This document shows, in pieces, positions 36,600-50,299 of a stretch of 64,000 nt of DNA; within the stretch, counting starts at the first letter, position 1; every line of letters begins with the position of its first letter. Source of the stretch: Dicyema japonicum (Eukaryota; Animalia; Dicyemida); NCBI GenBank assembly GCA_011109175.1, contig RDEW01000008.1, positions 691,954 through 755,953 on the forward strand. Direction: 5' to 3'. The notes below the pieces were generated by a model. It saw only the letters and a list, made by a program, of their open reading frames with translations, was not told the DNA's origin and ran no database searches. The translations under genes and the position numbers were made by a program.

Positions 36600-37975
36600 A
36601 CAAAGGAAGACCCACTGACACCGAGATCACTTAATTAGCCGATAACTTTTACCTCTTTCCTGTGTTTCCCGGGGTTATGATAATAATCAAAGTGTTAGAA
36701 CAAATCAACCGACTGAATACCAAATTATCTGAGCTTATCCGAACTAATAACAGACTCGAATGGAGCCGTCTAGTTGGACGACTATGTCACAAAAACTCTT
36801 GAGCCACAATTTGGAAAAATAGCCTTATCAATGAGGAGGACTGCGGTACTGAGGCCGTTACCCTCAACGCTTCGGAACCCGCTCGCAAACTTGTAAACAA
36901 GCTTATGACGTACTACGTATCGATCAGCCATAAAGATTTTTCTCGTTCTACACATGTGGAACGGCGCGGGCCACAACAAAAACCGTATCCCACCTTCTTC
37001 ACCCTCCATGATGTTAACAACGCTATTAAATTGTTATGTCCCACTCGTGCTTGTGGTCCCGACGGTATTTGCACTATTCATATCAAACACCTTGGACCTC
37101 AGGCACGGGCCATACTATCAAGACTGTACAACGACTCGATCAACTACCATACGCTACCTAAGATATGGAAGAACTCCCTGATTACGCCAATTCTAAACCC
37201 TGGAAAACCAAAAGACGTTCCCTCTTCTTACCGCCCCATCTCAATAACTACTGTTTTATCAAAAGTACTGGAAAAGCTCTCCTGTTTTACATCTACCAGA
37301 ATTTCAACATGGCTTCAGGGCAGACCGTTCTACAACGACTCATTTGGGTTCTATCTCCCAGTTTACTACTGACGGCTTCAACGTGAGAACACATTTACGG
37401 ACGGCCCTAGTATCCATCGACATATAGAAGACCTTTGATTATGTTACGAGGAAACTCCTAACGCATAAGATTTTTAATTCCAACTTACATCCGAACATTA
37501 ACTTATGGCTGGAAAATTTCTTAACTGGGCGACGCGGAAGGGTCCGGATTGACAAAACTACTTCCAAATCAAGACTACTCCCCAATGGGTTCCCGCAAAG
37601 CTCCCCTTGTCTCCTCTCTTATTTAACTTATTTCTACACGATATACCTACTATCAATGATCAGGAAACCATGTTTTTATCTTATGCGGACGACTTGATTA
37701 TCGCTGCAAGGGACAAATCCTCTTCCAGGGCTGTGGCGGTGGTTCAGTCACACCTCAACCAGGTGTATGACTGGCTATCCGTGTCTGCATCCAAGTCTCA
37801 GTTCACGCTATTTACTACGGACAGAAGATTTAAAGGTGGACTTGAGATTTTCCTCGTAAACATTCAACCCTTATACACGAGTCCAGAAGATCCTTGGAGT
37901 AACTTTCGACTCTATGATGACGTTAGACCTTATATACAAACTATAAAGACAAACCATTGTTTATAATATCAACGT
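36600..37975 (+). mobile_element. ingi/Vingi-like LINE copy 4 (linker and RT), tandem to copy 3
   Basis: GPDGICTIHIKHLGP, SSYRPISIT, LSPLLFNLF, SYADDL. Confidence 0.88.
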
Positions 37976-37979
37976 GTTC

Positions 37980-38230
37980 AGCCTTTGGCTGGGTTAACGT
38001 CTATGGCATTGGATCTGAAAGTTGTGGGTCCAAATCCGAAAGATGGAGTTTTCAACGAATGTCAATTCTCGTCAAACATATTCCACTCATGATACGACGA
38101 GTTCTTCTGGCACCACACAGTAGTTGAAAAGGATCTTTCTACCTTCTCATTGACCAAATCCACTGGTGAAGACAACATTATGAAAACTCTTCCCGAATAA
38201 TAAAGTGATGTCCGCGACAGTAGGACGTGT
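37980..38230 (-). repeat. Repeat homologous to 11640-11830 (CRE-like fragment)
   Basis: Shared nucleotide blocks (ttttcaactact..gtatcatgagt..gaattgac..gaaaactcc.tctttcggatt). Confidence 0.6.
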
Positions 38231-38639
38231 GATTAAATTAGGTGGGCGAACCTACTTCTCCACCTTTCTTCTGAAGCGGATGCCTGTAATTGACTATTGG
38301 ATAGTATACGTTGGAATGAAAAAATGTTTAGAATGCAGGCATTGGGCGTCTTCTGAGTAAAATAATTCTTTCAAGAACCAGGAAATTCAGTGCGTTCCTC
38401 CTTGTCATGATTTGAAAATGCTCATGTCTTTAGACTTTTGTTCTCTATCACTTGATGTTTAGGCAGGAGTATAGACATTTCTGGTTCACTTGATGACAAG
38501 ATGAGAAACTGCCGAAATTGATGATCATATAAATAAGACTGCTAATAAGGATTCACTAGTACAAAAATCAAATCAAAAAACAAAAAAGAGTCTGCATTTA
38601 GATAAATATCCATCTAGACAAAGCATAGCTCAAAACTGT

Positions 38640-39130
38640 GCACCTATTTGTGGCTAACAAGCATATTGAAGAATCTACTTCCATAGGATAAAACGTGTGT
38701 CACCCAGATGTGCCAAAGTTGTCGAGACTACTAAGGGAAAGTAAGATTTTACAATATATGAGGGAATCTAGGTCGTAAATAATGAACACGCTAGTAACAT
38801 ACTCCAAAAAAGTCTAACAACAGAAGATAATTCCATAATGTTCCTGGCCGTAAGACTAATGCTAATGAGGGGACAGCCACGATTAACGTGAGAAAACAAT
38901 TGGAGATCCTACGAGCAAGCAGAGGTTATAGGTACTCACTTTGAACGTATCCTTAATGTGAATAGACAAAATCAGACTTTATGTCAAATGGGTGATAAAA
39001 TTTTGTCAGAGGTCTCCAGAGCAATAAAAAGGTTAAAGATGGAGAATCTCAGAGACCTGATAATATTAGCTCAGAGTTACTTAAACATGGTCAAATGGAA
39101 TTCAAAGAAAACTAGTATTGTACCAGACTG
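38640..39130 (+). mobile_element. RTE linker/RT N-terminal fragment
   Basis: SEVSRAIKRLK..ELLKHG-type motifs, decayed. Confidence 0.55.
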
Positions 39131-39499
39131 ATGTAAACTAATTTGAACTTGGAAATAGATTACTGATATCAATTCAGAAATGAATAAGTTGATTGAGAAC
39201 TTGCTCCTTCTAATTTTATTAACTAACAAAAATCTTATCCTTAATCGTTATTAGAGCCAGTGAATAAATATCTGACTCATAGTCATAGTGGTTTCAGATC
39301 ATGGAAGTATATGGCTGATATAATGAGGTGCTAATGATGCCATTGAGGTATTCAGCAAATAAGTGGCACAACAATCCTTTAAATAAATATCACTAGAGTT
39401 TTTTACACTGTACGTAATAGATTTACAAAATTAAAGTTTTCCTATAGAACTCGAAAGCCTCGTCCACAGAACTGTCAGCTTGTCGTTTCGAGTGTACTT

Positions 39500-39930
39500 G
39501 TGTCATTGTCTAGTGTGGGATAAAAGGAACGGAGTGGTAATAAATGTTTTTAATCGATTTGTCAATTCGAAAATTGTGTTCCCAGAGTTTATTCGTTGTC
39601 TATATGAGACAATCATACTCTCCAATGTCTTCTTTAGTAATAATGATTGAATATAAGCATATGTCTTCTCGCTTAATGAGGCTATATATCCAGAAAAGTA
39701 AGATTTCACAATCCCAAGTGGGACTATTGGGACAACCTTTACCTTTGCATGGTGATTTAACTCCAATTCTTTAGAATATTTTTTCACTATAATTCAACTT
39801 TTAAATTCTCTGACGACGCTATTCCAACTATTAGGAATATAAGACTGTTCCTGTATAAAACACGAATATATCTGGGTTGTTGTGTTCGACTATTGAGGGT
39901 GTCCACTCTTATTTCGACATTGTCATTCAT
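39500..39930 (-). mobile_element. R4/NeSL-like REL fragment
   Basis: NDNVEIRVDT, KKYSKELELNHHAKVKVVPIV..LLKKTLESM. Confidence 0.8.
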
Positions 39931-40099
39931 AAGCACAGTACTGAGTGATTTTTGAGTTTTAAATAAATAACGAATAATCTTGTTTTCGTTAATTCACTAT
40001 TTAGTAGTGACGTGGACTAATCCTTGGTTATGACGTCTCCATGTGATGCTTTGACAGAAATGTTCTTTCATAAATTAACTTTATTCAAACATAGTTATT

Positions 40100-40600
40100 T
40101 CTTCTCCAAACCGGGACTTGAAACCTTCTAACATACTATCCCATCCTCCTCTAGAACACGAGTAAATCCCTCTCGAATGGCATCCAATACATCTGTTGCC
40201 CACGTCTTTTTATGTAATACACCTGGTGACCATTACTCTTGGATTAAAGCAGACTCCGTAGACCCGTCGACACCAAATTGAGGCTGGACAGACTCCATAA
40301 CCGTTTGTTGCGAATTCTTTTAGTACTTTTGTTGCAGTAGACCAGATGATGAAGCAAGACGTTCCACAAAGACCACATTTTTACGGAAGACTGCTTCAAG
40401 GGACCCATAAGTATGTTAGTCATACAAGCACCCGAAATCTTTTTGGCAAGAATACATCTAAACACGCCGGAATATGTTATCATGGAGTACATTGAAGCAT
40501 CTGAGGTTTCCCGAAATTCTTTATAATAATCTGAGGCTGGTGAGGGACGGCACAGGACTCGGTGTTTTGGAGAGTCTGTCATAAAACAGAGGGGATGCAA
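40100..40600 (-). mobile_element. Probable CRE-like RT N-half remnant
   Basis: Weak AV..NVV..RLAS..QPQFGV..GSTES similarity to the CRE RPIAVG..RRL..QLGVG motifs. Confidence 0.35.
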
Positions 40601-41159
40601 AATTGTTAACTCTAATCGTCAAAGCGAAGAATGTATTCGAACTTAATTTAATAAATAAAAACAGTTATGCTAACTAATCCAAGACATCAAAGGTATAACT
40701 TTTTGTTCTTTTTTGCTTGCGTCTGAGTCCTTTAGACAATCCGGTCCTAGTGAGGAATACAAGGTGCAAATTTTAAGATGTATAATGTGTTAATTCTTGA
40801 TTTGAGAATTAATTACATTATATTTTTTCATGAGGTCTGACCCCAGGGACGGAGCATTGTCGAATTTATGACACTCCTCCATTTTATGCCAGTTTTACAA
40901 ACTAGTAACTTGGTTGAGTTAATGTAAAGTTTAGGAACATATAAATTATGCGACATTAAATAATATAATATATTTGTTCTTCCTGCCCTAGTTACCTATA
41001 ATCTAGAAAGTCATGGACAGAGTGATCTGTCATAATTTCGAGTCTATTTCTCTTAAACAATTCCGACCATATTTATGGGTTGTTTTTACAATATTTATGA
41101 ATTAATATTTAACTCATAAATATTTTTAAAAATAATATTTAAAACAAACTATTTAATAT

Positions 41160-41930
41160 ATGCCATTGGCTGATGATGATTTGTTTTCTAATATTTTAAC
41201 CATAAGCTTATTCAATGAACAGTCTTACGAATACAAAAATGTAGCACGAAGCAGATCCCTTAGTAATCTCAAGCATGCTATAGAATTTGGGGGAAAACAT
41301 TATTTGGGCCGAAGAAAGAGAAATATTCTTAGGAACTGTATTTATTTGTATTACGTAAGCTTTGGAACTTGGATCCATAATTGACATAATCAATGACGAA
41401 ATGATAACGCACGTGACCTCCCATTTGAAGAAATGATGCACAATGATGAGTTATTACATGTAATACTGGATATTACTATAGCTTTGGAATGAATTTATAA
41501 GTCTCCCTGAGGAGAGACAAAATGATATTATTGAAAAACTGGAAAGAAGGTCTGAAAAGACTGAGTTCTCCCCCTCTTCCTGTATTTCCAGAATTAGGGA
41601 TCGGAGACTACGAAATAGAATATTTGGTGGTCGAATATCAAAGGTGGGGGTATCTACTATTGTAGGAGTTGTGTGAAAGGATTGAAACTGAGATTGTTAG
41701 TACATTCAGTAAAGATCCACGTGGTCTTTACTCATCAGTATGTTCTAGTCAGTTCTTATGTCTTCTTACAAAAGCAATAGCCCAATATTACTATTTAGAC
41801 TCAATTGGTATGACTTAATGATGATTAAGATTGGAGGATCCCGCCTAATTGGGGATTACAAGTAAGTAATAGTAGACCTGTCTTTGTGCAACCAAAATTA
41901 CCACTAAACAAACTTATTAGAGTAAAATAA
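41160..41930 (+). CDS. R3HDM4: R3H-domain protein, R3HDM4-like
   Basis: GRRKR (R3H-associated N-terminal), LWNEFISLPEERQ, SCISRI, ERIETEIVSTFSKDP..SQFLCLLTKAIAQYYYL; four 22-nt introns; one homopolymer deletion near 41400. Confidence 0.72.
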
Positions 41931-42299
41931 TAACATTGTATATTAACATTACCTTAATTATCCGATTTTAAGATATCCCATACAATTTTATTTCTATGGC
42001 TATGGTTAATGTGGTCGATAATGTTTAGGGCATAGTTCTGGAAAGACAGTGTTGTGGACAGTCTTTCTACTATAATTTTATTTTTTAGCAATAAAGTGTG
42101 TGTTTTGTATTTGGATATTCAAAGTCTAATAGAAACTAATATAACTGAGACGAATTAGGAAAATCCATCATGTTCCTTCAATGTCTACCTTCTCTATCAG
42201 GGTCCTGCAAAACACCTGATCATTTCAACAAATTAAATTGTTGAGGTTCATCACTACAGATTTTTTGGTTTTTCAACTGCACTGATGGCAAATCTGGAG

Positions 42300-42630
42300 G
42301 CATTAAAAATTTGAGATTGAGATTTTCGATTTTCTACGTCAAAACCTTATTATTAATAAGCCAATAATCACCAGGAAAACTAATTAAAAGGTAAATCCCA
42401 TCAGGTGATCCCGACATCTCTCAGCAATATTCTCATCTTTTTCCGATATTGCTCTCGGGAACCGACACATTTTCAGTAACACCGTTCTTCTGGCGGTTTT
42501 CCATTTTGAGTGAAAATGGCGCCCAACATCCTAACAAGGACCTCAAATGGGGTTGCCCTTATTAGTAGTCCTGTGATTCACGAGATCGTTTTGGTCATAC
42601 TGGATTGAGCTGAGTTGATCTTATCCATGT
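42300..42630 (-). mobile_element. GIN/Ginger-like integrase C-terminal remnant
   Basis: HRTTN/RATPFEVL motif after the integrase core; weak. Confidence 0.35.
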
Positions 42631-42719
42631 TTGTTCTGGCAAGTTTTGTTCCTTAAGCTGCACATCCATAACTTATAGTTAGCTCAATGAATTAAGTTTT
42701 TAACTTTGATATTATTATT

Positions 42720-43320
42720 ATAAGCAACTACATAGAATCATATAAACTCCGAAGACATTGCAAGAAGAAAATTGTTATCTACGGTTACTATGCAAAAACT
42801 TATGAAATGTTGGATAAGAAAATGCTCGGTCGGGCCATCACTCCGACTCAGGTTGTATGAGGCGTTCGTGAGGCCCATACTAACATACAACTCTGGGACG
42901 TGGGGAATTTCAAAAACGGACGAACAAAACCTTGACTCCTTTCACAGAAGGCAACTTCGGTCTCTCTTGGGACTAAAGTGGCCAATGCGTGTAGGGAGTG
43001 AAAATTTATATAGAAGATGCGGTTCCGGACCTCTGAGCACCATGATCATGAAGGCTCGCTGGAGATTGATACGTCAGGGGAGAAGTTCAGAGGTCGTCCA
43101 AGAATAACTCTTCCGGAAGTCCTTAATGGTGACCTGAGATCAGTAACCAGACTACTAAAGGACGATGAAGACCTTAGTAGTCTGCGGCACTTGGCATCGG
43201 ACAGGAGGGGATGGGAAAGGCTAATTAAGAGGATTGTTCAGACGCGGCACGAATAGAATTATAGTTTATATGATTCTATGTAGTTGCTTATAATAATAAT
43301 AACTTTGATATATGCCCAAT
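42720..43320 (+). mobile_element. RTE 3' fragment with (TAA)n tail
   Basis: RLRLYEAFVRPILTYNSGTW, FRGRPRITLPEVL. Confidence 0.88.
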
Positions 43321-43329
43321 AAATAAAAA

Positions 43330-44130
43330 AATTTATAATACACGACATTTTCTATCTGAATGGAGACTTGAAGCCTCAAATCGGAGAAGGAACGATCATA
43401 ATAGCATATGCGAATGACGTGGACTTTATTTCGAATAACAGAGTTAATTGCACTTTTGGAGAAAATGCACGATAAAATGGTTGAATGGTCATTAAAAGTA
43501 AACACAAACAAAACCGAAATCACGGAGACAAAAAAAACTTAAAAAAGGACCGAGGAGCACTGGCGTAGATCAAAAAACTAGGATCTCTTCTGAATCCGAA
43601 AATATAACACGAAGGAAAACACTAACTAACGTCGTTTTCAACAAAATGAAGAAGACCTGGCTTCTCCACAAAGGGCTTGACCCTAAAACTCGAATAAGAC
43701 TATACAATGCCCTAGTGAGGCCAATCCTATTATATAATGCTGGTACATTGGCATGTACAAGACAGGAACTCGAAAAGTAAAATTCTTTTCATAGAAATCA
43801 TCTCCTAGCATTCCTTTCTTCCAGAAGCTTTTTCAAAATGCTGTCGGAAATCTTATACAAGAGAACGGGAACTGAGCCAATATCATGTGATATTACTGAT
43901 TCAAGATGGAGGCTGTTTGAACACATACTCCGCCACGATATGGGACCCTTGCTAACAAAGCAATGGAGGAGTATTTTTGTCTTAGAGGCTTCGCGTTTCC
44001 GCGGCTGGCCGAGGACAACACTGCCGGTAATCCTAGATGAAGATCTCAGAAGGATTGGAAAGTGCCTTAAATATGGGATGATCTAGATGTGCTACGGAAC
44101 ATGGCAAACGGATCGAAAAAGATGCGCGAT
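43330..44130 (+). mobile_element. RTE RT C-terminal fragment
   Basis: IAYANDVDFIS, RIRLYNALVRPILLYNAGT, SRWRLFEHILR. Confidence 0.85.
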
Positions 44131-44379
44131 ATTAATTTGATTGTTACCTTTTCGTGTTGTACATGCTTTGTCATGATCTTGGCATCCCGTACGTGCCTAT
44201 AATAATAATGGACTAAAGCTTTCGCATTCACTTTTAACTCAAAGCAACTACCAAAATGCCCCAATGTCAGGAAACTCTTAACCAAAAATAAAATTCAAAT
44301 TCGGAGAGGCATTTTAAAACAAAGCATGCGAATTTTGCATTTAAAAAAGCCTTTTTTATTACATCAACAGTAGCATTTC

Positions 44380-44760
44380 AAATCATCTCTGGGGATTTTC
44401 CATATTTATGTTCACAATCTCCTTCTTAATTGCCATACAATAATCTTCACACGTCTTCTCACATAAGCATAATTTTTGCACAATAAAACGATCAAGATAA
44501 GCTCTATTCTTTCTAGCTCCATCTATTCAAAATATCCTTTCATTCTGAAACGTGCAACCAGCAGTTTATGATCACTATAAGTGATGGTGCCTCCATAGCT
44601 GCGGGAGTCTGTTAGCAGACCATGAAGAGATCTTTTACACATAGCATAATCAATCCGGACATAGTCACCATTTCCATCCTTTCTGAGTCCAGTCCACGTA
44701 GTCTTATGCCTGACATTGTGGTCGAATGCAGAATTACAAATGTAGTCTCACCAACTATAA
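44380..44760 (-). mobile_element. RTE APE/linker fragment
   Basis: DSRSYGGTITYSDHK. Confidence 0.75.
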
Positions 44761-44809
44761 CACCTATCAGAGCATATACAGTGAGAGAAAGGTACTAGTT
44801 ATCTATTCT

Positions 44810-45330
44810 AATTTCAGGTATATTTTTGATTTAGTTGATCTACGACACTATTTAAATTTCAATGAAAATTTTGCTGGCTTTTGGTTGGGTTGGATTCCTT
44901 TTCCAAATTTTTGCTGGACAAGACCTCTAAAGAGTAAATCGGCTACGGAGGTGTCAAGTGCAATAAAGAGCATAATTTTAATGTTTGGAAAACCAACCAT
45001 TTTGCACACGGCAAGGAATTTGTAAATGAAAAAATGTTCGAGTTATGCTCAACATATGGTATAAAACACATCAGGGGACGTCCTAGGTGTCCTTGGTGCA
45101 GGACAAGTCGAGCGTCTGAATCAGACATTGAAATTTATGATTTCTTCAACCTGCTTTTCAAAGAATTGAATTTAAAATGGATAGACATAATTGAAGAACA
45201 AATTACAAGTTCCTATAATTCTGTCCAGCATTCTGTGGTCGAGTTGTTAGAAGGGTCTATCTTGATAATAATAACAAACACGAAAAAGTGGCTTAAACGA
45301 ACACATGATACATTCATACATCATGTTAAA
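44810..45330 (+). mobile_element. GIN/Ginger2-like (SCAND3/KRBA2-type) DDE integrase remnant
   Basis: DLVDLRHY, WTRPLKSKSATEV, FGKPTILH..GKEF, IKHIRGRPRCPW..GQVERLNQTL across frameshifts. Confidence 0.75.
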
Positions 45331-46379
45331 GGAGTATCAGCCACAGAAATGATTGATCTAGAAGGAGAAGATGGTAGTGCGATTCAAGAAAATAGCAGAG
45401 ACTTAGCGAAGCTAAAATAATTTTTACAATATAAAATTCTTGATTTTTTCTAGTAAAATCAGTTATTATTATTTTAGGGTAAATCTAATCATAGATTACG
45501 ATGAGATCATTAATAATATTATCAGAGTTAGGAGTTCTTAAGCTTTCAGCTTGGCAGTAGAGTTAAGAAAACTTAGAGATATACATTAGAGTTATACAAC
45601 AACAGAACTTAAGAAAACTAACAATTTGACGAGAAACAGCGGTAATACACAATTTGAATTAACATAACAAAAATCATCAATGTAACTAAGAGAAAAAGTA
45701 TCCATTAAGTCAGGGGTGTCGAACTCATTTCCCTTTGAGGGCCGCATTGACAGGCTGATAGTCGCTCGATATACTGGTTTGTAGAGATGCTCCAATGCTG
45801 AGTTGTAAGATCTTCTGTAATGTCCAAGAAGGACCTTCACGAAGTTTCTTTGAGAAGAAGATAGCATGTTATTTAATGCGTCCCGAAAATCATCAGGAAA
45901 AGTCATTTAGTAACGTTTTTCTGTTTAATCGAAATTTTAATTCAATGAAATTATATTATCAAAAATGATGTAAATTATATTTTGTTAATGTGGATAATTT
46001 GACTAGTTTAAAGCAAACTTTGTTCATAAAACTTCATTTTTCAAAATTTTAAGGTTCAATCAGTAATATGGGACGATTGTCGTTTTCGTTCGTGCAAACC
46101 TAGTCGGTGCTGGTGCCACGACCATTGATGCTGCTTACGTGTTCGCAAGTCGAAAGAGTTTCAATGCAAGAAACACAAATACAAGGTCATATTACAAGAC
46201 GAAGGAACCTATTCACTCCGAGGGAATCTCATCAAGACGAATAAACATATTACTACCAAAGGAACCTATTACACGATGGAGAAAGATATCGCAAGTCGAA
46301 AGATATATCCACAATTACGAAGACACTATTGAAAGGCGCAGTAGACAAAGGGTCAAAATCTCTAGATATTCTCTAAGTT

Positions 46380-46580
46380 AGACCTGGTACCCACACCAAT
46401 TGATCCCTACATTCGAATCCGGGTCTACACGAGACTTTGTCATCCTCCGGACTTTGATCTCTACAGGACCTGGGACAATCGTAGAAGTGCATACTGGAGT
46501 TGGGACCTACCGGGAGTACCCATACCAAATGTTCCCTACATTCGAATTGGGTTCTACGCAAGACTTTGTAACCACATTAT
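46380..46580. repeat. Diverged ~130-bp tandem duplication
   Basis: gtacccacaccaattgatccctacattcgaatccgggtctacacgagactttgt versus gtacccataccaaatgttccctacattcgaattgggttctacgcaagactttgt. Confidence 0.75.
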
Positions 46581-47777
46581 TGGTCCCTAGAAGGCGGCTT
46601 GGGACTAGACATTAAATATGGTGGCTCTTACTAAGTTGATGAAGAACCATCTAAGTAATATCACCAGGAAAGTCACGTGTAACGAAGTTTAGCTCATCAC
46701 GAAAAGAGATACAGGTTAGACCAGAAAAAAAATTATGATTCCCCCGATCCCTATTAAGAGACGCTTTCAATCTTTGGAATAATCCTGGATCCTCTCCTTT
46801 CATCCACTCATCAAGTGGAATCTAGTAACTGAGTGGATCCAAAATAAAATTGAAATTCTCAAGGCCTTTACGCACCCTTCCAGTATCTTCTTTCCTATCA
46901 TTGGAGCTTCTATATAAACAATTTGTTTTACCGAGTATCGAGTAAGCCTCTGCTGCATGGATTGCCCTGCTATCATTATCAGCACAGAGCAAACTGGAAG
47001 TGTTACAAAACCGATGTCTCAGAATATTATTGAGATCGTCGAAAAAAACGCCCAATTCGTTGTCACGGAAAACAATGAATTTCTTACGGAACGCCACCGA
47101 TACCCTCTCAAGATGACAAAGTCTCCTGACCATCCTCTCGGACCGGAAATCAAGCTATATCTCCTTGAGATACGAGAAGGAACCTTCATCATTGTCCAGG
47201 ACTCCACAACTAACCGCAGGAGAAGGCCTGATATTCCAATGGCATCACTTATCTTAGACGATAACTCTTGTTCTCTTGTGATTCCGGGGTTAATAAAAAA
47301 TCGTTTTCTTTCCCTCATTCAAATAAAATAGGTTCACACGACTCCGAGAACTGGATTTTTTTACTTCCCATTCAGATTTATGGATGGCTTGAGTGTGATA
47401 TTTGAAGGTATCTTCTTCTAGAACAGAGAACTGGACATGCCTAATTATTCAGTCTTCAAGTGAAAGAAACCTGTGGCTAAATGGAAAGTAACTACCAAAG
47501 GTGAATGTTTACAGGGAATCGTCAGATTTATCTGTTTGATGTAGAAATCGAAGGCGGACCAGGACAAGAAAAGAGGTGGTTTGACTTCTAGTCATCCGAA
47601 GGTGGATCAAATGGAACTTCTCCAGGTAGGAAAGCTTGGTTGATGTTCGGCTACAGATGTCCAGATTTGTAAGCGTAGCCTGAATTTGGTTTCAATAAAA
47701 AATAAATTTATTAATTTTAAAAATATAAATTTCTATTTATTATTATTAAATTAAGAGTTGAATAACCAAAATCGACC

Positions 47778-49434
47778 ATGTGTGACTCAAACGTAATAAT
47801 TATAACCATAATTAGTCATATGAACAAGAAAGTAAAAGAATAAAACTAACAAGCGATAACCCAGATGATTCATACTCTCTCACGGATAATATTCTAAAGA
47901 AAATTCTGTTAAAATTCGAGAAAAGGATTGAAAAAAACCAGGAGATGCGAATAAAATTCCCCGATCAACCATTAAAGTAATTTAATCAATAACACAGATT
48001 TATGGAATCGGAAAGTGAATTAAGTGATGTTATTCAGGAAATGCATGTGATTGCTACTCAACCTGAGTTATTTCAACTCCTTGTTAGCATGGGGACAATA
48101 AAATCCCTCCTTCAATTATTATCCCACAAAAACACTGGTTGAACCCACGTGGATGATCTTTAGACATTTGCGTGTGTGTGATTGACTTGCTTCAAGAACT
48201 GACGGATGTGGACTACGGGAATGACCAATATGAATCTGTCCAGAGTTTAATTGACTCCCTTGTAATCTCACTAATCATTTTCAGATGGAAGGAGAACTTT
48301 TCTCATATTTGTTGAACATTTTGGAAAGATTGGACGAATCTGTGAAGGAAGAGGCCCAGGGAGTTTATAATTCTCTTGGTAGGGGACTTTATTTATTTAA
48401 GGGATCATTGAGAACTTGGTTGATATTCGTGCGGAGGCTGTGCATAGTTGTATTGAGGCTGGAGTAATGAAGTGGATCCTTCAGAGAATCAAGGTTATAA
48501 TATCCTCAAACAGCAGAATAGTGAATTTGACGATAACAAATTGTACTGTTCAGAGATTTTGTCCATAATTATTCGGGAAGATGTGGCAAGAAAAAAGTTT
48601 GGTGTTCTTGGAGGCATTGATATCCTTCTGAGACAATTAGCTGTTTATTATCAATAATATTTAAGTTCTTTAAGAAAAATGATCCCCAATCCCCAGAGGA
48701 ATTCGAGTTTATGGAAAACATCTTTAGTTGTCTCTGTAATGCTCTACTTGTGGGTGAAAACCGTGTGATATTCATGAAGGATGAGGGACTACAACTAATG
48801 AATTTACTGATAAGAGCTAAAAACAAAGCCAGATTCAGTGCAGTTAAGGTGCTCAGTTATTCTATGACATTGTCCCCTGAGGGAGAAGATGCTAGGATTT
48901 GTAATAAATTTGTGGAGGTTTTGGGTCTCCGTTGTATATTCCCATTGTTTATGAATGTGGTTGCCCCAAATCAAATACGAGAACAGGCTATAGGTTGGGT
49001 TTGTGCCTTATTTGTATAGAACACGTGCTTTCTATTATTTTATCATTGTTGAGATGTTGTGAGAAACAGAGTTGGCTAGAGTGATTGCAAAGTTTGAGGA
49101 GAATGACTGTGAGAAGGTTGAGAGACTGATGGAGTATCATTTTGAATATTGGGGGAAAGTGAAAAAACTAAGGGAGAGATCTTGTTTTGAGGATGATGAG
49201 TATTTGCGATTGTTGGAGGGGGGATTATATTCCCTTCAATTGGTGGACTGTATTGTTATTGAGATTTGTTGTGTTTGTGAAGATAAAGTGAAGACAAGGG
49301 TAATGAACCTGTTGAGTGTGAGAGGAGTGGAGATTGATTGTATTAAGAATGTCATTAAAGAATATATCAATAATATTGGAGATGAGGGGTATGACGTAAA
49401 GGGGAGAATGAATAGACTTTGTGACAGTATCTGA
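47778..49434 (+). CDS. CTNNBL1: Beta-catenin-like protein 1 (Prp19/CDC5L spliceosome complex)
   Basis: KNQEMRIKFPDQP.KFMESE, HVIATQP, LLSHKNTDI, ERLDESVKEE, DNKLYCSEIL, EFMENIF, KFEENDCEKVERL; about 9 introns of 20-26 nt; one homopolymer deletion near 49065. Confidence 0.95.
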
Positions 49435-49759
49435 TTTTTGTTATTTCCCTTTGTTACCTATTATGAGTCATATTGTTTGCTTATAAGAATTTTTGAAATA
49501 TTTTTGATTTCGTGGCCTGCTTTGATGTCTGTGATAGATGACGTGACAAACTCTGGAACTTTTATTGACCACTAAGTGAAGAACTCTGGAAACATCAAAA
49601 AAACCAAGTTGTGACCTAAGAAAGTGTTGTATGCACGAATGATCCTGCTGGTAATTTTATCCACCCAAAATTGAAAGCAAACTTAAAGACTCATAAATGT
49701 GTTAACTTTGAATAGCGTAAAGTTCCAAATATCATAAGGTTTTGTTAGTTGGTTATACG

Positions 49760-50200
49760 TTGGCATTTAAGTCAAAAATTCAGATGTACGTCTAACCATG
49801 CATCTCATATGTGTGTGCTTCATGGGGCCAGTTTATCTCTTGGACAAACACCATGTAATTCCAAGCTAGACAAAAAAGGGTTTCTAAGATTACGAAACGA
49901 TATTCACGTTCGCCAGTTAATAGTTCCTCCATCATGCGTTCTTCACTGTTTAAACATATTCCTCTCCATTATGAGATTATACGTGTGTGAGCATTGAAGT
50001 CCTTATATAAAGATAGGGGATGAATAATTTGTCAGCTTATGAATACTTACTGTTTATTAATCGTGATATTCATTATCTGCATCCCAAAAACCGAGATTCA
50101 CAACTACTCAATGCTCCAGTCAGAGTGGACAAATTAGTCTCAGGTGGTGGCGTAATTACTCTCATCTTTCTTTCACTCCATGCAAGCCTCAATAACCAAA
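49760..50200. mobile_element. Back-to-back APE fragments of an ingi-like LINE
   Basis: Plus strand VRVDK..GGGVITLI (50110-50170); minus strand KDFNAH (near 49990). Confidence 0.4.
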
Positions 50201-50299
50201 TGCGTTAATTTCTTCAATATTATGTTATTTTCACTTTCTACAGTTCATATGCACATTCGGTTCTTTTTCAATACATGCTTCACGAAATAAGGCTCTAAA

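Noticed and set aside
42516-42530. tRNA-Lys primer-binding site tggcgcccaac
   Set aside because: Only 11 nt match, there is no adjacent LTR, and it lies in an antisense integrase remnant.
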